The position numbers were made by a program, and so were the translations under genes. Shown here piece after piece: positions 26,849 to 36,637 of a stretch of DNA of 60,447 nt (the stretch's first letter is position 1; every line of letters starts with the position of its first letter). The stretch lies in the IMG/VR virus record IMGVR_UViG_3300031885_000015, positions 1-60,447 of that record; one strand, 5' to 3'. The notes below the pieces were generated by a model. That model searched no databases. It worked only from the letters and a program-made list of their open reading frames with translations, and was not told where the DNA came from. This DNA comes from a virus. Lineage: Duplodnaviria; Caudoviricetes.

Positions 26849-28045
26849 ATGGAGGATACTGGTGGGCTTCACGCATACTTCTCCTTGGAGCAGCGACTAG
26901 CGTATGAAGCTCATTTAGCTGGGGTCAAGGAGCCTACGCAGGCCTCTACCGAGACCTCGAGAGCCATTCATACCTATGACAGGATCTCGTTTCTCAGGTG
27001 TAGGAGGCGGTGGGACCTCGAAAGTCCACTGAGGAAGGGTCTTGCTCCGAAGGGTGGAGAGGCACAGCTTGCTCCCTGGTTCGGCTCTGGCATCCACTTC
27101 GCACTGGAAGATCTTCATGGCTGGAAGAGGTTTTCATCTGCAGCTGAGGCACTAGAGGCCTACTACAAGTCATTTCCTGAGGCTGAAAGGCCAATAGATT
27201 CGGAGGCAACACTTCAGCTGGCGAAGGATATGTTGGCGTACTACCAGGTCTGGCTACAAGACAAGGACGACTATCGGACTCTCTGGTATGATGGGCAACC
27301 TCAGGTAGAGGTGAAGTTCCAGATTCCTATACCTGAGCTCAACTCAGACCTAACACAAGCACCCAAGATCTTTGCGGAGGGAACATTTGATCGGGTCGTG
27401 TTGGATGCGTACGGTAGGGTGTGGTTGATGGACTACAAGACTGCAAAGATCTTTGACACAAACAAGTTGGAGACCGATCTGCAGATTAGCACCTACCTTT
27501 GGGCAGCTGAGCAGTGGTATAGGCCTCTGCGGCGGGTCGATCAAAAGGCCAAAGTGCCTGTCGAGGGCATGATATACCTGCAGATGAAGAAGGAAGCTCC
27601 AGCAGAGCCCAGGGTCCTTAAGAATGGTGGTTTCAGCACCGACAAGAGGCAGAGAACGACCTACAAGTTGTACTACAAGGCGCTAATGGAGCGCTTTAAG
27701 AATCACCGTAACATACCTTCTTTCTACGGTGAAGTGTTGGAGGGGCTACTTGGAGAGGAGTCGCCAGAGGGAGACCGATACATTCGCTGGGATCAAGTTC
27801 TAAGGAACCCTACCTTCAGACAGTCCGTCTACCAGCACCTAGTAGCGCAGGCGAGAGAGATGCTAAACCCGAACGTAGCTATCTACCCGAGCCCAACTCG
27901 GGACTGCATCTGGGACTGTCCATTCCGCGTCGCCTGTATAGCCATGGATGATGGGAGTGACTGGGAGTACATGCTCGGTGGTGAGCTGGAGAAGCGGAGG
28001 GACCCGCGCGACTGGCGAAAGCGCATTGTATTCCCAACTGCTTGA
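26849..28045 (+). CDS. PD-(D/E)XK (RecB/Cas4-like) exonuclease
   Basis: GSGIHFALE, GTFDRV..MDYKT, QISTY, C..DCPF..C. Confidence 0.85.
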   Translation: MEDTGGLHAYFSLEQRLAYEAHLAGVKEPTQASTETSRAIHTYDRISFLRCRRRWDLESPLRKGLAPKGGEAQLAPWFGSGIHFALEDLHGWKRFSSAAEALEAYYKSFPEAERPIDSEATLQLAKDMLAYYQVWLQDKDDYRTLWYDGQPQVEVKFQIPIPELNSDLTQAPKIFAEGTFDRVVLDAYGRVWLMDYKTAKIFDTNKLETDLQISTYLWAAEQWYRPLRRVDQKAKVPVEGMIYLQMKKEAPAEPRVLKNGGFSTDKRQRTTYKLYYKALMERFKNHRNIPSFYGEVLEGLLGEESPEGDRYIRWDQVLRNPTFRQSVYQHLVAQAREMLNPNVAIYPSPTRDCIWDCPFRVACIAMDDGSDWEYMLGGELEKRRDPRDWRKRIVFPTA

Positions 28046-28079
28046 CGCTGTATCTACATATCGAGGAGGAATGATAGAG

Positions 28080-29024
28080 GTGGCAGAAGAAGAGACTTCC
28101 GCAGGCACGACTACAGGTCCTACAGGTCCTACAGGTCCTACAGATGACGCCTCACCGGCCCCAGCACAAGCCTCTCCTGCTAAGGCTCCACCGTTTACCA
28201 TTGGTACTGCAAAAAGCAAGATACGGTACGTAAAGGCTCTTATCTACGGACCGTATGGTGGAGGCAAAACCACCCTAGCAGCCCAGGCACAGGATGTCCC
28301 AGCCATGCAGGACGTGCTTTTCCTCGATACAGAGGCAGGAAGCAGAAGCATCCGCAACCGTGAGGATATCGATCTCGTCACGATTACCAGCTATGCTACG
28401 TTCGCTGAGGCGTTTAAGTTCCTTCGGCTCCACTGCAGACTCCGGGATGAAGGTAACGAAGTACTCCTAGCCAAGCTGGAGTCGATGTTCAAGCAGGTAC
28501 CAGTGAAGGAGATCAAGAGGCCAAAGCACTACAACACAGTAATTATCGACACGCTAACTGAAGTGCAGAAGCTCTCGATGTACCAGATACTAGGGGTACA
28601 GGTAAGCCAGACGGAGCTTGACATGCCTCTTAATGCTCCAGCGTACAAGGAGTGGGGACAGAGCATCGAGATGATCCGGCTCTTGATTCGGTCGTTCCGA
28701 GACCTGCCAATGCATGTCCTACTGGTCTGTGCTAGTCAGGTCGAGAAGGATGACATGAGCCGCTTCTACAGCTTTCCCGCTCTTCCTGGTAAGCTTGCCA
28801 ACGAGAGCCTCGGCTTCATGGATCTCGTAGGATACCTAGAGGCTGGAGTACCAAGGGGAGTAGAGGCTGGGGCTGCAACCTCTGAGGGGGGAGGTGGGCT
28901 TAAGCGTAGATTGTGGGTGTCGCCAGGGTACACCCACAAGGCAAAGAATCGCTTCCGCAATTTCAAGGGTGTGTACATTGACGACCCAAATATGGCTCAG
29001 CTGTGGAAGCTCAGTACTGAGTAG
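28080..29024 (+). CDS. AAA_24/Sak4-like ATPase (ssDNA annealing)
   Basis: IYGPYGGGKTT, LDTE, IIDTLTE, AKNR. Confidence 0.82.
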   Translation: MAEEETSAGTTTGPTGPTGPTDDASPAPAQASPAKAPPFTIGTAKSKIRYVKALIYGPYGGGKTTLAAQAQDVPAMQDVLFLDTEAGSRSIRNREDIDLVTITSYATFAEAFKFLRLHCRLRDEGNEVLLAKLESMFKQVPVKEIKRPKHYNTVIIDTLTEVQKLSMYQILGVQVSQTELDMPLNAPAYKEWGQSIEMIRLLIRSFRDLPMHVLLVCASQVEKDDMSRFYSFPALPGKLANESLGFMDLVGYLEAGVPRGVEAGAATSEGGGGLKRRLWVSPGYTHKAKNRFRNFKGVYIDDPNMAQLWKLSTE

Positions 29025-29065
29025 CACGCCACAGCAAGGCTAGCACCACCAAGGAGGAACGTGTA

Positions 29066-29542
29066 GTGGCTGAGGATGATTTGGGGATGCCCGGCATGGA
29101 AGCTGAAGACGGAGATATCCTTCCACTAGATGAGCTAGATGAGACTGCGAGACCAGCCTTCCAGCCCCTGCCACCTGGTATCATGATGTGTGAGATAGCT
29201 GATCATCAGTACGCAATCTCGAAGGCTGGTAATCCGATGATTTCCGTTCAGTTTCGAGTAACTGACCCGAGGTACGATGGTCGCCTCCTCTTCACTCACT
29301 TCGTGCTCAACAGTGAGTTTGGACGGGTCAACCTCAAGAAGTTCCTGGTCCGAGTGTGCCCAGAGGTCGATCTGAAGACCTTCGCACCCAAGAGATTCTG
29401 TAACGAGGGCACCGCAATCGGTAGGCCCTGTAGAGTCAGGATTCGCATCGGCGTCAACAAGGGGAAGAAGGGCAACGAGGTTAGGGAGATCCTTGCAGCA
29501 GGCGACGCCTCTGCTGACTTCCTGGATGGACTCAACCCGTAG
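29066..29542 (+). CDS. DUF669-like ssDNA-binding protein
   Basis: FQPLPPG..SKAGNPMI..NEVR; follows the exonuclease and Sak4-like genes. Confidence 0.75.
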   Translation: MAEDDLGMPGMEAEDGDILPLDELDETARPAFQPLPPGIMMCEIADHQYAISKAGNPMISVQFRVTDPRYDGRLLFTHFVLNSEFGRVNLKKFLVRVCPEVDLKTFAPKRFCNEGTAIGRPCRVRIRIGVNKGKKGNEVREILAAGDASADFLDGLNP

Positions 29543-29610
29543 ATCTCCAAGAGATGCGTGCGGCCTGGCCTCTAGTCAGGCCGCACGCGCTCAGGAGGAG
29601 GGACAAGAAT

Positions 29611-29823
29611 GTGACTGGCGACGGATCTAACGAGATGTCAGTCAAGGCAGTTGCAGCAGAGCTAGGAGTAACCTACGTTACTGCCCTAAACTATGTGAAG
29701 CGTGGGCTACTGCAAGGAAGGAGAAAGGGAGGACGGTGGAAGATAGCACAGCAGGAGTTTGACAGATTCCAGCAGGAAGGGAATTATCCTAGAAGTGTGA
29801 CTGCCCAGAAGGAGGCTCCATAA
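29611..29823 (+). CDS. Excisionase/MerR-like HTH protein
   Basis: MSVKAVAAELGV..VKRGLL..GGRWKI. Confidence 0.8.
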   Translation: MTGDGSNEMSVKAVAAELGVTYVTALNYVKRGLLQGRRKGGRWKIAQQEFDRFQQEGNYPRSVTAQKEAP

Positions 29824-29825
29824 TC

Positions 29826-30227
29826 TTGGGACCAGCAGATGGTGCTTGGGACATCGTTCAGCTAGGCTGTACCCTCACCTTCGATGCTGCTCACTACCTG
29901 CCTCGCCATGAGGGCAAGTGCAAGAGGCTACATGGGCACACCTACCAGGTGGAGGCTGTTGTGCAAGGGCACGTAGATCCCAATACTGGGATGGTAGTAG
30001 ATTTCAGCATTCTGGAGGGAGCTCTCCTTAGAGTCACCGAAAAGCTGGATCACAACTGTCTGAACGAGGTGCTGAGTTTTACTCCCACAGCGGAGAACAT
30101 TGCTGCATGGATATTTCTCCAGCTACAGGCAGAGCTAGGTTCAGCAGGTACTGGGGGACAGGAGCTAGCTCTCGTGTCTGTGACGGTACACGAAACCCCG
30201 ACCTCCTTTGCAAAGGTAGGTGCCTAG
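29826..30227 (+). CDS. queD: 6-carboxy-tetrahydropterin synthase
   Basis: FDAAH, CKRLHGHTY, GMVVDF, LDH, PTAENIA, ETP. Confidence 0.95.
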   Translation: MGPADGAWDIVQLGCTLTFDAAHYLPRHEGKCKRLHGHTYQVEAVVQGHVDPNTGMVVDFSILEGALLRVTEKLDHNCLNEVLSFTPTAENIAAWIFLQLQAELGSAGTGGQELALVSVTVHETPTSFAKVGA

Positions 30228-30999
30228 GATGTTGGAAGGCCCCTCAGGGAGTAGCTGCGTAAAAGATAAGAGGTACCCAATCAATGAGATCTTTGGGCCA
30301 ACTATCCAGGGAGAAGGACCGCTTCTCGGAACTCCCAGCGTATTTCTTCGTACCCAGGGCTGCGATAACAGCTGTGTGTGGTGTGATACACCTTACGCAC
30401 TGAAGGGTCCCTGCCGGCACATGACTGCTATGGAGATCCTGACAGAGCTCCAGCTCAAGGCAGAGGGATGCAAGTGGGTGACTATCACGGGAGGAAACCC
30501 ACTAATCCATGACCTCTTTGAGCTAATTAGACCACTCCATGGACTAGGTTTCCTCGTAGGCGTGGAGACTCAAGGTACAGTGTTCAGGGAGTGGGTTAGA
30601 GACTGCGACAGCATAGTTCTGTCTCCTAAGCCTCCTAGCTCAGGAAACGCTACTGATTCCTTTGTCGTGCAAAGGTTCGTCTCGCAGCTTCATCGGACAG
30701 GGTTATCTATCAAGCCTTGGTCCCTCAAGGTCGTGGTGTTCGACGACATCGACTACGCGTATGCCAAGCAACTCCACTCTCTCTTTCCCTTCAATCTACT
30801 GCATCTCCAGGTAGGGAACAATATACCTCTAGATGCAGTCATGGACTACCCTGCCTACATAAGCCGTTTACGGTGGCTTGCAGAGAAGGTTCTGGCTGAT
30901 CATCAGAAAGACGGTTTCTTCTGGCACGACGTAGATCAGGGTGTGAAGGTGCTACCTCAGCTGCACCTGCTCCTATACGGCCCTAAGAGAGGTGTATAG
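30220..30999 (+). CDS. queE: 7-carboxy-7-deazaguanine synthase (radical SAM)
   Basis: EIFGPTIQGEG, CDNSCVWCDT, TGGNP, SPKPPSSG, LPQLH. Confidence 0.95.
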   Translation: MPRMLEGPSGSSCVKDKRYPINEIFGPTIQGEGPLLGTPSVFLRTQGCDNSCVWCDTPYALKGPCRHMTAMEILTELQLKAEGCKWVTITGGNPLIHDLFELIRPLHGLGFLVGVETQGTVFREWVRDCDSIVLSPKPPSSGNATDSFVVQRFVSQLHRTGLSIKPWSLKVVVFDDIDYAYAKQLHSLFPFNLLHLQVGNNIPLDAVMDYPAYISRLRWLAEKVLADHQKDGFFWHDVDQGVKVLPQLHLLLYGPKRGV

Positions 31000-31001
31000 C
31001 A

Positions 31002-31850
31002 GTGGCTCTTCTCGTAGAAGTGATGGGCCCGCCTGTGAGGGTAGAAGACTTGCCGGATGTTCAGAACATCGCTGGGGACTTTAAATTCCCTGTAAAGGCG
31101 GGTATTTCAGGGGTAGTGATGCCTATCCTGGTAAAGACGCAGCAAGGTACCCTTTTCAGCACGGTTGCTAAGGTAGACATGCACGTTCTGCTACCTAGCA
31201 GACTCCGGGGAGTAAACATGAGTAGGCTACCCATCATATTGAGTGAGATGAACCAGAATAGCTGGGTGGTCGATAACCTACGGGACACTCTGAGGAAGAT
31301 GCTGATAAGACTTGAGTCTACTACTGCACGGATGCAGCTTCGATTTCCCTACTTTTATAATAAGCAATCTCCGTGCAGTCCAAACGTAGGAGTAGCTCAT
31401 GCAGACATCATCTTCGACGCTAGTCTTGTAGATACTCAGCCAGAGAGCTACTGCTTTATACTCACAGTAAAGGTACCGGTTATCACGCTGTGCCCTTGCT
31501 CCAAGGAAATTAGCTCTAACTCGGCTCATAATCAGCGAGCTGTAGTGACCATAACGGTAGCCTACGACGAATTTGTCTGGATTGAGGAGCTCATTCGCTA
31601 CGCTGAGGTGAGTAGCAGTGCAGCACCCTTTCCTGTCCTTAAGAGATGGGACGAGAAACGAGTAACGGAGGACGCCTACAAGAACCCTAAGTTCACGGAG
31701 GACGTCGCTCGAGGAGTCGCGTCTCTGCTGACAGCAGATACGAGGATTGCTGGCTTTCACGTAACAGTACGGAGCCAGGAAAGTATCCATCAGTACGACG
31801 CTGTTGCGGAGGTGAGTGGTGGCCTCCGGAACCTATGGACGCGTAGCTAG
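31002..31850 (+). CDS. folE2: GTP cyclohydrolase IB
   Basis: LPDVQ, RGVNMSR, TLCPCSKEIS..AHNQR, LKR.DEK, ESIH. Confidence 0.95.
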   Translation: MALLVEVMGPPVRVEDLPDVQNIAGDFKFPVKAGISGVVMPILVKTQQGTLFSTVAKVDMHVLLPSRLRGVNMSRLPIILSEMNQNSWVVDNLRDTLRKMLIRLESTTARMQLRFPYFYNKQSPCSPNVGVAHADIIFDASLVDTQPESYCFILTVKVPVITLCPCSKEISSNSAHNQRAVVTITVAYDEFVWIEELIRYAEVSSSAAPFPVLKRWDEKRVTEDAYKNPKFTEDVARGVASLLTADTRIAGFHVTVRSQESIHQYDAVAEVSGGLRNLWTRS

Positions 31851-31900
31851 TTAGCTTGGGAGAAGAGGGTGGGGTAGGTCACCCCAAGGAGGAGCTGGAC

Positions 31901-32332
31901 ATGAGGTGCCTCGTAGTTAGGACTCAGCTTGAGGGTGTTCACTGCTACATAGGTGCGCCCCCTGAGGTAGACTATCTTAGCCTTCCTCATCGACACGTGT
32001 TTCACATCGAAGTTGAGATCGAGGTATTCAAGGAGAACCGCGAACTGGAGCTCCTCTCAATAAAGGCAGATCTGACGCAGCACCTACGAGCTATCTTAGG
32101 TGGCCGATACCTACTTCCTAACGATCGGTCGAGCCATGCTCGAGTAAGATGTAAGTCGTGCTTGAGTAAGATGTTTTGCCTATCCCAAGATATTCACTCA
32201 AATAGCTGTGAGCACTTTGCCACCGCTATTCAGAGCTACCTTAAGATACGCTACCCATCTGAGCCTCCTCGCAGAGTAAGCGTGAGAGTGCTTGAGGATG
32301 GAGAAAACGGCTGTTACTTAAGAGAGGTGTAA
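31901..32332 (+). CDS. dpdL: QueD-like T-fold protein, DpdL-like (putative CDG decarboxylase)
   Basis: LSLPHRHVF (LxxxHRHxF), SCE and EDGENG motifs; sits within the que cluster. Confidence 0.7.
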   Translation: MRCLVVRTQLEGVHCYIGAPPEVDYLSLPHRHVFHIEVEIEVFKENRELELLSIKADLTQHLRAILGGRYLLPNDRSSHARVRCKSCLSKMFCLSQDIHSNSCEHFATAIQSYLKIRYPSEPPRRVSVRVLEDGENGCYLREV

Positions 32333-32335
32333 CCG

Positions 32336-32761
32336 ATGCCAGATGAACGTCACCAAAGCGAGCTAGGTTCAGGGACCTCCCAAGTTCTGAGTAGCCATTT
32401 ATCTCCCTATGCTGCTGATGTGTTGGCATTTGATCTGGAGCATGGACTACTATCAATCCATGAGCCGACGATTGAGAACATTAGCTACCTCCTCACTGCG
32501 ATGACAGGAGAGGTAGGGGAGCTAGCAAACGTCGTGAAGAAGATCTGGCGCGATGGAGAGAGCCCGAAGCTCTGGCGACAGTTTGATGAGGAGCTTGTCG
32601 ATATCCTGATCTACTACATTGAACTACTCGTAGCAGCTAGAGTGGACATAGACAAGGCATGGAGAGTCAAGGAGCAAGTCCTAAAGGAGCGGTGGCTGCA
32701 GCGAGGACCCTACAAGATTACCAGTCGGGGCTTGCAAACCTCGAGGGGGGAACTTCCATGA
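32336..32761 (+). CDS. MazG-like NTP pyrophosphohydrolase
   Basis: GEVGELANVVKK..EELVDIL. Confidence 0.85.
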   Translation: MPDERHQSELGSGTSQVLSSHLSPYAADVLAFDLEHGLLSIHEPTIENISYLLTAMTGEVGELANVVKKIWRDGESPKLWRQFDEELVDILIYYIELLVAARVDIDKAWRVKEQVLKERWLQRGPYKITSRGLQTSRGELP

Positions 32762-33351
32762 TCGTGATTGTAGCAGGACCAGATCGAAGTGGCAAGACTA
32801 CCCTCATGCATATCCTAGGAGAGATATTTGGAGTTACTCCTCGTAAAGCTTGTCGCATCGCAGACGATGGAGAGACGATAGCTGCTGTGGCCACCTACCT
32901 TCGAGAAGAGACAGAGCTTTACAAGCCTCTTTATAGTGGCCTGCGTAAGCCTCTGCAGCCCCCTACCCTCTGGGACCGCTGGTGGTATCCTGACGACGTT
33001 ATATACCGAGCGGTGGCGGAGGGCAGAGAATCGATCCTGCTCCCGTACGCGCAGGTAATTGAGCAGCAGCTTAAGAGACTCCAAACTGTTTTTCTCCACG
33101 TGACAGCTAGCCAAGAAACGCTGGAGGCAAGGTATAAGCAGCTAGGGGAAGACGACTACCTTCCTAAGAGCAAGCTACCAGCGCTACTTGAGGCCTACGA
33201 GAGATTCTTCCTGGACACTAAGCTTCCTGCATATCGCATCTGCACCGATGATTCTATCTCCTCGAAGCTCACTACGGTGACACGCGCATGCCGTTACGTA
33301 CGGCAGGCTACGCTGCAGTTCTTGTCGGAGGAAGGAGTGGCCACTGAATGA
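32758..33351 (+). CDS. dNMP kinase (thymidylate kinase-like P-loop)
   Basis: IVAGPDRSGKTT, WDRW..DDVIY, LEARY. Confidence 0.82.
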   Translation: MIVIVAGPDRSGKTTLMHILGEIFGVTPRKACRIADDGETIAAVATYLREETELYKPLYSGLRKPLQPPTLWDRWWYPDDVIYRAVAEGRESILLPYAQVIEQQLKRLQTVFLHVTASQETLEARYKQLGEDDYLPKSKLPALLEAYERFFLDTKLPAYRICTDDSISSKLTTVTRACRYVRQATLQFLSEEGVATE

Positions 33352-34160
33352 AAATCGCTACGATCGTGCCGACTGCATACCTCTCTCTGACCAAGGAAGA
33401 CACGTACTTTATGGCCCTGGCTCACTTGGTGGGGAAGGACCAAGCATACACGGATTTCTTTAGGCGTCAGAGTGAAGCAGGAAAGTACGTGATCATGGAC
33501 AACGGGGCTGCTGAGGGGCAGCAGCAACCAATCGAGGTTCTACTAGAGCGAGCAGCCTTGATCAAGGCTACGGAGCTTATCCTGCCAGATGTGCTCCTAA
33601 ATTGCAGGGAGACCTTGAGGCTAGGGTACTCTGCGCTAGAGGAGATAGACAAGTGTGGTGTCCGAATCGCCCTAATGGCTGTTCCACAAGGAGAGTCCTT
33701 CAGCGAGTGGATTAGGTGTGCCCGAGGGATGACAAGCTGGCCCGTTCAAGTCATCGGCATATCGAAGTTTCTCACTAAGCAGCTAGGTTCAGGCGCCCGG
33801 CTACAAGCCTTGACGATGCTAGAGACTTGCTACGAGGAAAAGGATGTTCACCTACTTGGCTGCCACCAGGATCCTCGAGAAGTGCATACCATATCAGTGT
33901 TCTACCCTTCAGGTGGCCACGTCAACAAACTAAGGGTTCGAGGAGTTGACAGTGCTATCGCATATGCGTATGCAAGGGTAAACCAGCCACTAAGGCCTGC
34001 ACACCTCCGTCCCGAGATGGAGATAGATTTCTCAGACACCAAGACCGATTCCAAATACCTCAAGTGGCAGATCCGAGCTTGGAAGTACTACTGTCGGCAT
34101 GGAGAGGAGCCCCCTCAAGTACCGCTTGCCGTCTTTCCTCCCTTCTCTATTTTTAAGTAA
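33348..34160 (+). CDS. dpdA: TGT/DpdA-superfamily transglycosylase, DpdA3-like
   Basis: LAHL..Y..FF..GKYVIMDNG..E, LPDV, AVPQG, HLLGC, RGVDS. Confidence 0.7.
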   Translation: MKIATIVPTAYLSLTKEDTYFMALAHLVGKDQAYTDFFRRQSEAGKYVIMDNGAAEGQQQPIEVLLERAALIKATELILPDVLLNCRETLRLGYSALEEIDKCGVRIALMAVPQGESFSEWIRCARGMTSWPVQVIGISKFLTKQLGSGARLQALTMLETCYEEKDVHLLGCHQDPREVHTISVFYPSGGHVNKLRVRGVDSAIAYAYARVNQPLRPAHLRPEMEIDFSDTKTDSKYLKWQIRAWKYYCRHGEEPPQVPLAVFPPFSIFK

Positions 34161-34201
34161 AGGTGCCACCTGAGGTAGCTGACTAGTAGGAGGAGAAATG
34201 T

Positions 34202-36637
34202 ATGGAGTGCTCCCAGTGTCCTTACGGAGGCTACCCTAGAATGCCTGCTCCAGTACCTCGGCCTGCTTCGTTTGCTATTGTAGGAGAGGCTCCAGGTACG
34301 CAGGAGCTAATTCGAAAAGAGGCCTTCGTCGGCATGAGCGGCCAGCTACTACGAAGGACCTTAGCAAAGGTAGGCATACCAGTAGAGGACGCCTACATAA
34401 CCAACAGTATGCTGTGCCGCCCGCCTGTAGGAAAGCCTATTAGCGTGGTTGCAGTAAGAAACTGCCAGCAGCGTGTACTAGAGGAGCTTCGGCAAGTAAA
34501 CCCAAGGGTTGTACTAGTAGTAGGAAATACTGCTCTTCGGAGTATAACCAACAACTTTAAGCTCAAGATTACTGACGAGCAGGGGAGACGCATCGAGTCT
34601 TCCTTGCTGACAGGTGTTTGCATCGTCGCAGCACTGCATCCAGCAAAGGTTCTTCGGGATTCAGGGGACTACCGAGCGTTTTACATAGCTATTGAGTACG
34701 CTGCCCAGATGTTACAGGGTGGTAGCCCCAAGGATCCTGGGGTTACGAAGTACAAGGTGGTCACCACGCTCGACGAGGCCGAGGAAGCTGTGGCATTCCT
34801 ACAGCAGTTTACTCTCGTGGCAGGAGACATAGAGGCTACGAGTCTGAATCCGTACAGAGGTAGAGTTCTTGTGTTGGGGGTTGCCTGGTCGAAAAACAGA
34901 GTCATAGTCTTCCCACGAGAGGTGCTGTCTGCCCTTAAACCTCTCTTTCTGGTACCTCACATGAAGTGGGCTTGGCATAACGGGAAGTTTGACACAGCAT
35001 TCCTTCGTAGAATCGGACTTGCTGCAGAAGTTAGTCATGACACGCTCCTCCTCTCATACTGCATTAATGAGAACCCTCCGCATAACTTGGAGTATCTAGC
35101 CTCTACCCTCCTAGGAGCTAGTGCCTACAAGGCCGACATTCAGAAACTAGCTCCCTCGAAAGCGAAGATGGGCTACGCGGAGGTCCCAAAGAAGGAGCTA
35201 TACGGCTACGTAGCTAAGGACGCAGACTACACTTACCAGCTGATGGAGGAACTCCTGCCTCAGGTAGAGGGAGATCCTAACCTTAAGAAGCTTTACTACG
35301 AGCTACTTATTCCTGCAACTCGTCTTCTGAGATTCGTGGAAAGGAAGGGCATCTACGTTAGCACCCAGGCCCTTGAAGTCCTTAGGGAGAAGTTCGAGCG
35401 GGAGAGCGAGGCTCTCCTCAACGAGATCGAGATAGTGACAGAGGGTATGTGGAGCGCTAAGGACTATAAGCTTCAAACAGGAGCGAAGTCCGCAGGTGCC
35501 AAATTCAAGCCAACCAGCTCGAAGCAGCTCGCTTGGCTCCTGTACGACAGACTGCGACTAAGACCAGCAAAGATGAGGGGACGAAGCACTGTAGAGGAGG
35601 TAATAGAGGAGCTACGAGATAGAGTACCAGTGGTGGACCTTACACTGAAACTTAGGTCCACTAAGAAGAGCCTTGCTACGTATGTGAAGGGTATACAAAA
35701 GCGACTGGATCTCGACAGCCGGGTGCACACCAGCTACCTCCTCCATGGTACCTCGACAGGTAGGCTCAGCTCTCGCGGCCCCAATGTTCAGAACATACCG
35801 CAGGATCCAACTATACGCGGTATCTTCCAGGCACCTCCAGGTCGTCTTCTGATAGAGGCAGACTACAAGGGAGCTGAGCTCCGTATGCTAGGCCACCTCA
35901 GTGGAGACGAGTTCTTCACTCAGGTGTTCGTTGAGGGACGTGACCTGCATGATGAGGTGGCAACCTTCCTCTTCGGCAAGGACTTCGGAGAGAAGGACCG
36001 TATGAAGGCCAAAACCCTCAACTTTGGTATACCCTATGGACGAGAGGCCTATTCCATAGCAATGGCCTTTGATGTGTCAATGCAGGAGGCACAGGAACTT
36101 ATCGACGGTTGGTTCCAACGTGCACCTCAAGCTGCAGCCTTTCTGCAGGAATGTGCAGCCTCCGTACGCCAGGGGCGTGTCCTTACAACTCCGTTCGGAC
36201 GGAAAAGGCGCTTTGGGCTCGTAACTCCGGTCAACCTTGAAGACCTCCAGAGGGAAGCCCGGAACTTTCCTATACAGTCGATGACTAGTGATATTGCGCT
36301 CGCATCCAGCATAAGGCTACGTGAGCTTCTCATTCCCTTCGATGCGAGTATAATCAACCTGGTACATGACAGTATCCTAATAGAGCTTCCCAGCGATCCA
36401 GAGGTAGCTCTGCAGGTAGCCCACATAGCCCGGAAGTGTATGATGGAAGTTCCTCATGAGAAGCTAGCCTCTGTGATAGTATTCGAGGTCGATATCAAAG
36501 TAGGTCAGAGGTGGGGGAGCCTTCAGAAGTTAGGCTCGGCTAAGGTAGCTGCTGGAGAAGAATCTGGAGAGCTGGAGGAGATACGCCGGATAGTGGAGAA
36601 GTGTGAGGAAGTACACTACGAGGAGGGATTAGTGTGA
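34202..36637 (+). CDS. polA: Family A DNA polymerase with N-terminal UDG family-4-like domain and 3'-5' exonuclease
   Basis: VGEAPG..E..FVG.SG, CRPP, HPA; DIEAT, HNGKFD, Y..KD; TGRLSS, DYKGAELR, KTLNFGIPYG, VHDS. Confidence 0.95.
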   Translation: MECSQCPYGGYPRMPAPVPRPASFAIVGEAPGTQELIRKEAFVGMSGQLLRRTLAKVGIPVEDAYITNSMLCRPPVGKPISVVAVRNCQQRVLEELRQVNPRVVLVVGNTALRSITNNFKLKITDEQGRRIESSLLTGVCIVAALHPAKVLRDSGDYRAFYIAIEYAAQMLQGGSPKDPGVTKYKVVTTLDEAEEAVAFLQQFTLVAGDIEATSLNPYRGRVLVLGVAWSKNRVIVFPREVLSALKPLFLVPHMKWAWHNGKFDTAFLRRIGLAAEVSHDTLLLSYCINENPPHNLEYLASTLLGASAYKADIQKLAPSKAKMGYAEVPKKELYGYVAKDADYTYQLMEELLPQVEGDPNLKKLYYELLIPATRLLRFVERKGIYVSTQALEVLREKFERESEALLNEIEIVTEGMWSAKDYKLQTGAKSAGAKFKPTSSKQLAWLLYDRLRLRPAKMRGRSTVEEVIEELRDRVPVVDLTLKLRSTKKSLATYVKGIQKRLDLDSRVHTSYLLHGTSTGRLSSRGPNVQNIPQDPTIRGIFQAPPGRLLIEADYKGAELRMLGHLSGDEFFTQVFVEGRDLHDEVATFLFGKDFGEKDRMKAKTLNFGIPYGREAYSIAMAFDVSMQEAQELIDGWFQRAPQAAAFLQECAASVRQGRVLTTPFGRKRRFGLVTPVNLEDLQREARNFPIQSMTSDIALASSIRLRELLIPFDASIINLVHDSILIELPSDPEVALQVAHIARKCMMEVPHEKLASVIVFEVDIKVGQRWGSLQKLGSAKVAAGEESGELEEIRRIVEKCEEVHYEEGLV

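Noticed and set aside
26849-28045. CRISPR-associated Cas4
   Set aside because: Sits in the standard exonuclease-Sak4-SSB recombination module
29611-29823. Excisionase implying a temperate lifestyle
   Set aside because: No integrase or CI/Cro switch recognised; such HTH genes are common in replication operons
29826-31850. Queuosine tRNA-modification auxiliary genes
   Set aside because: No queC/queF/queA, and linkage to MazG, kinase, DpdA-like and PolA genes favours DNA modification; tRNA use is not formally excluded
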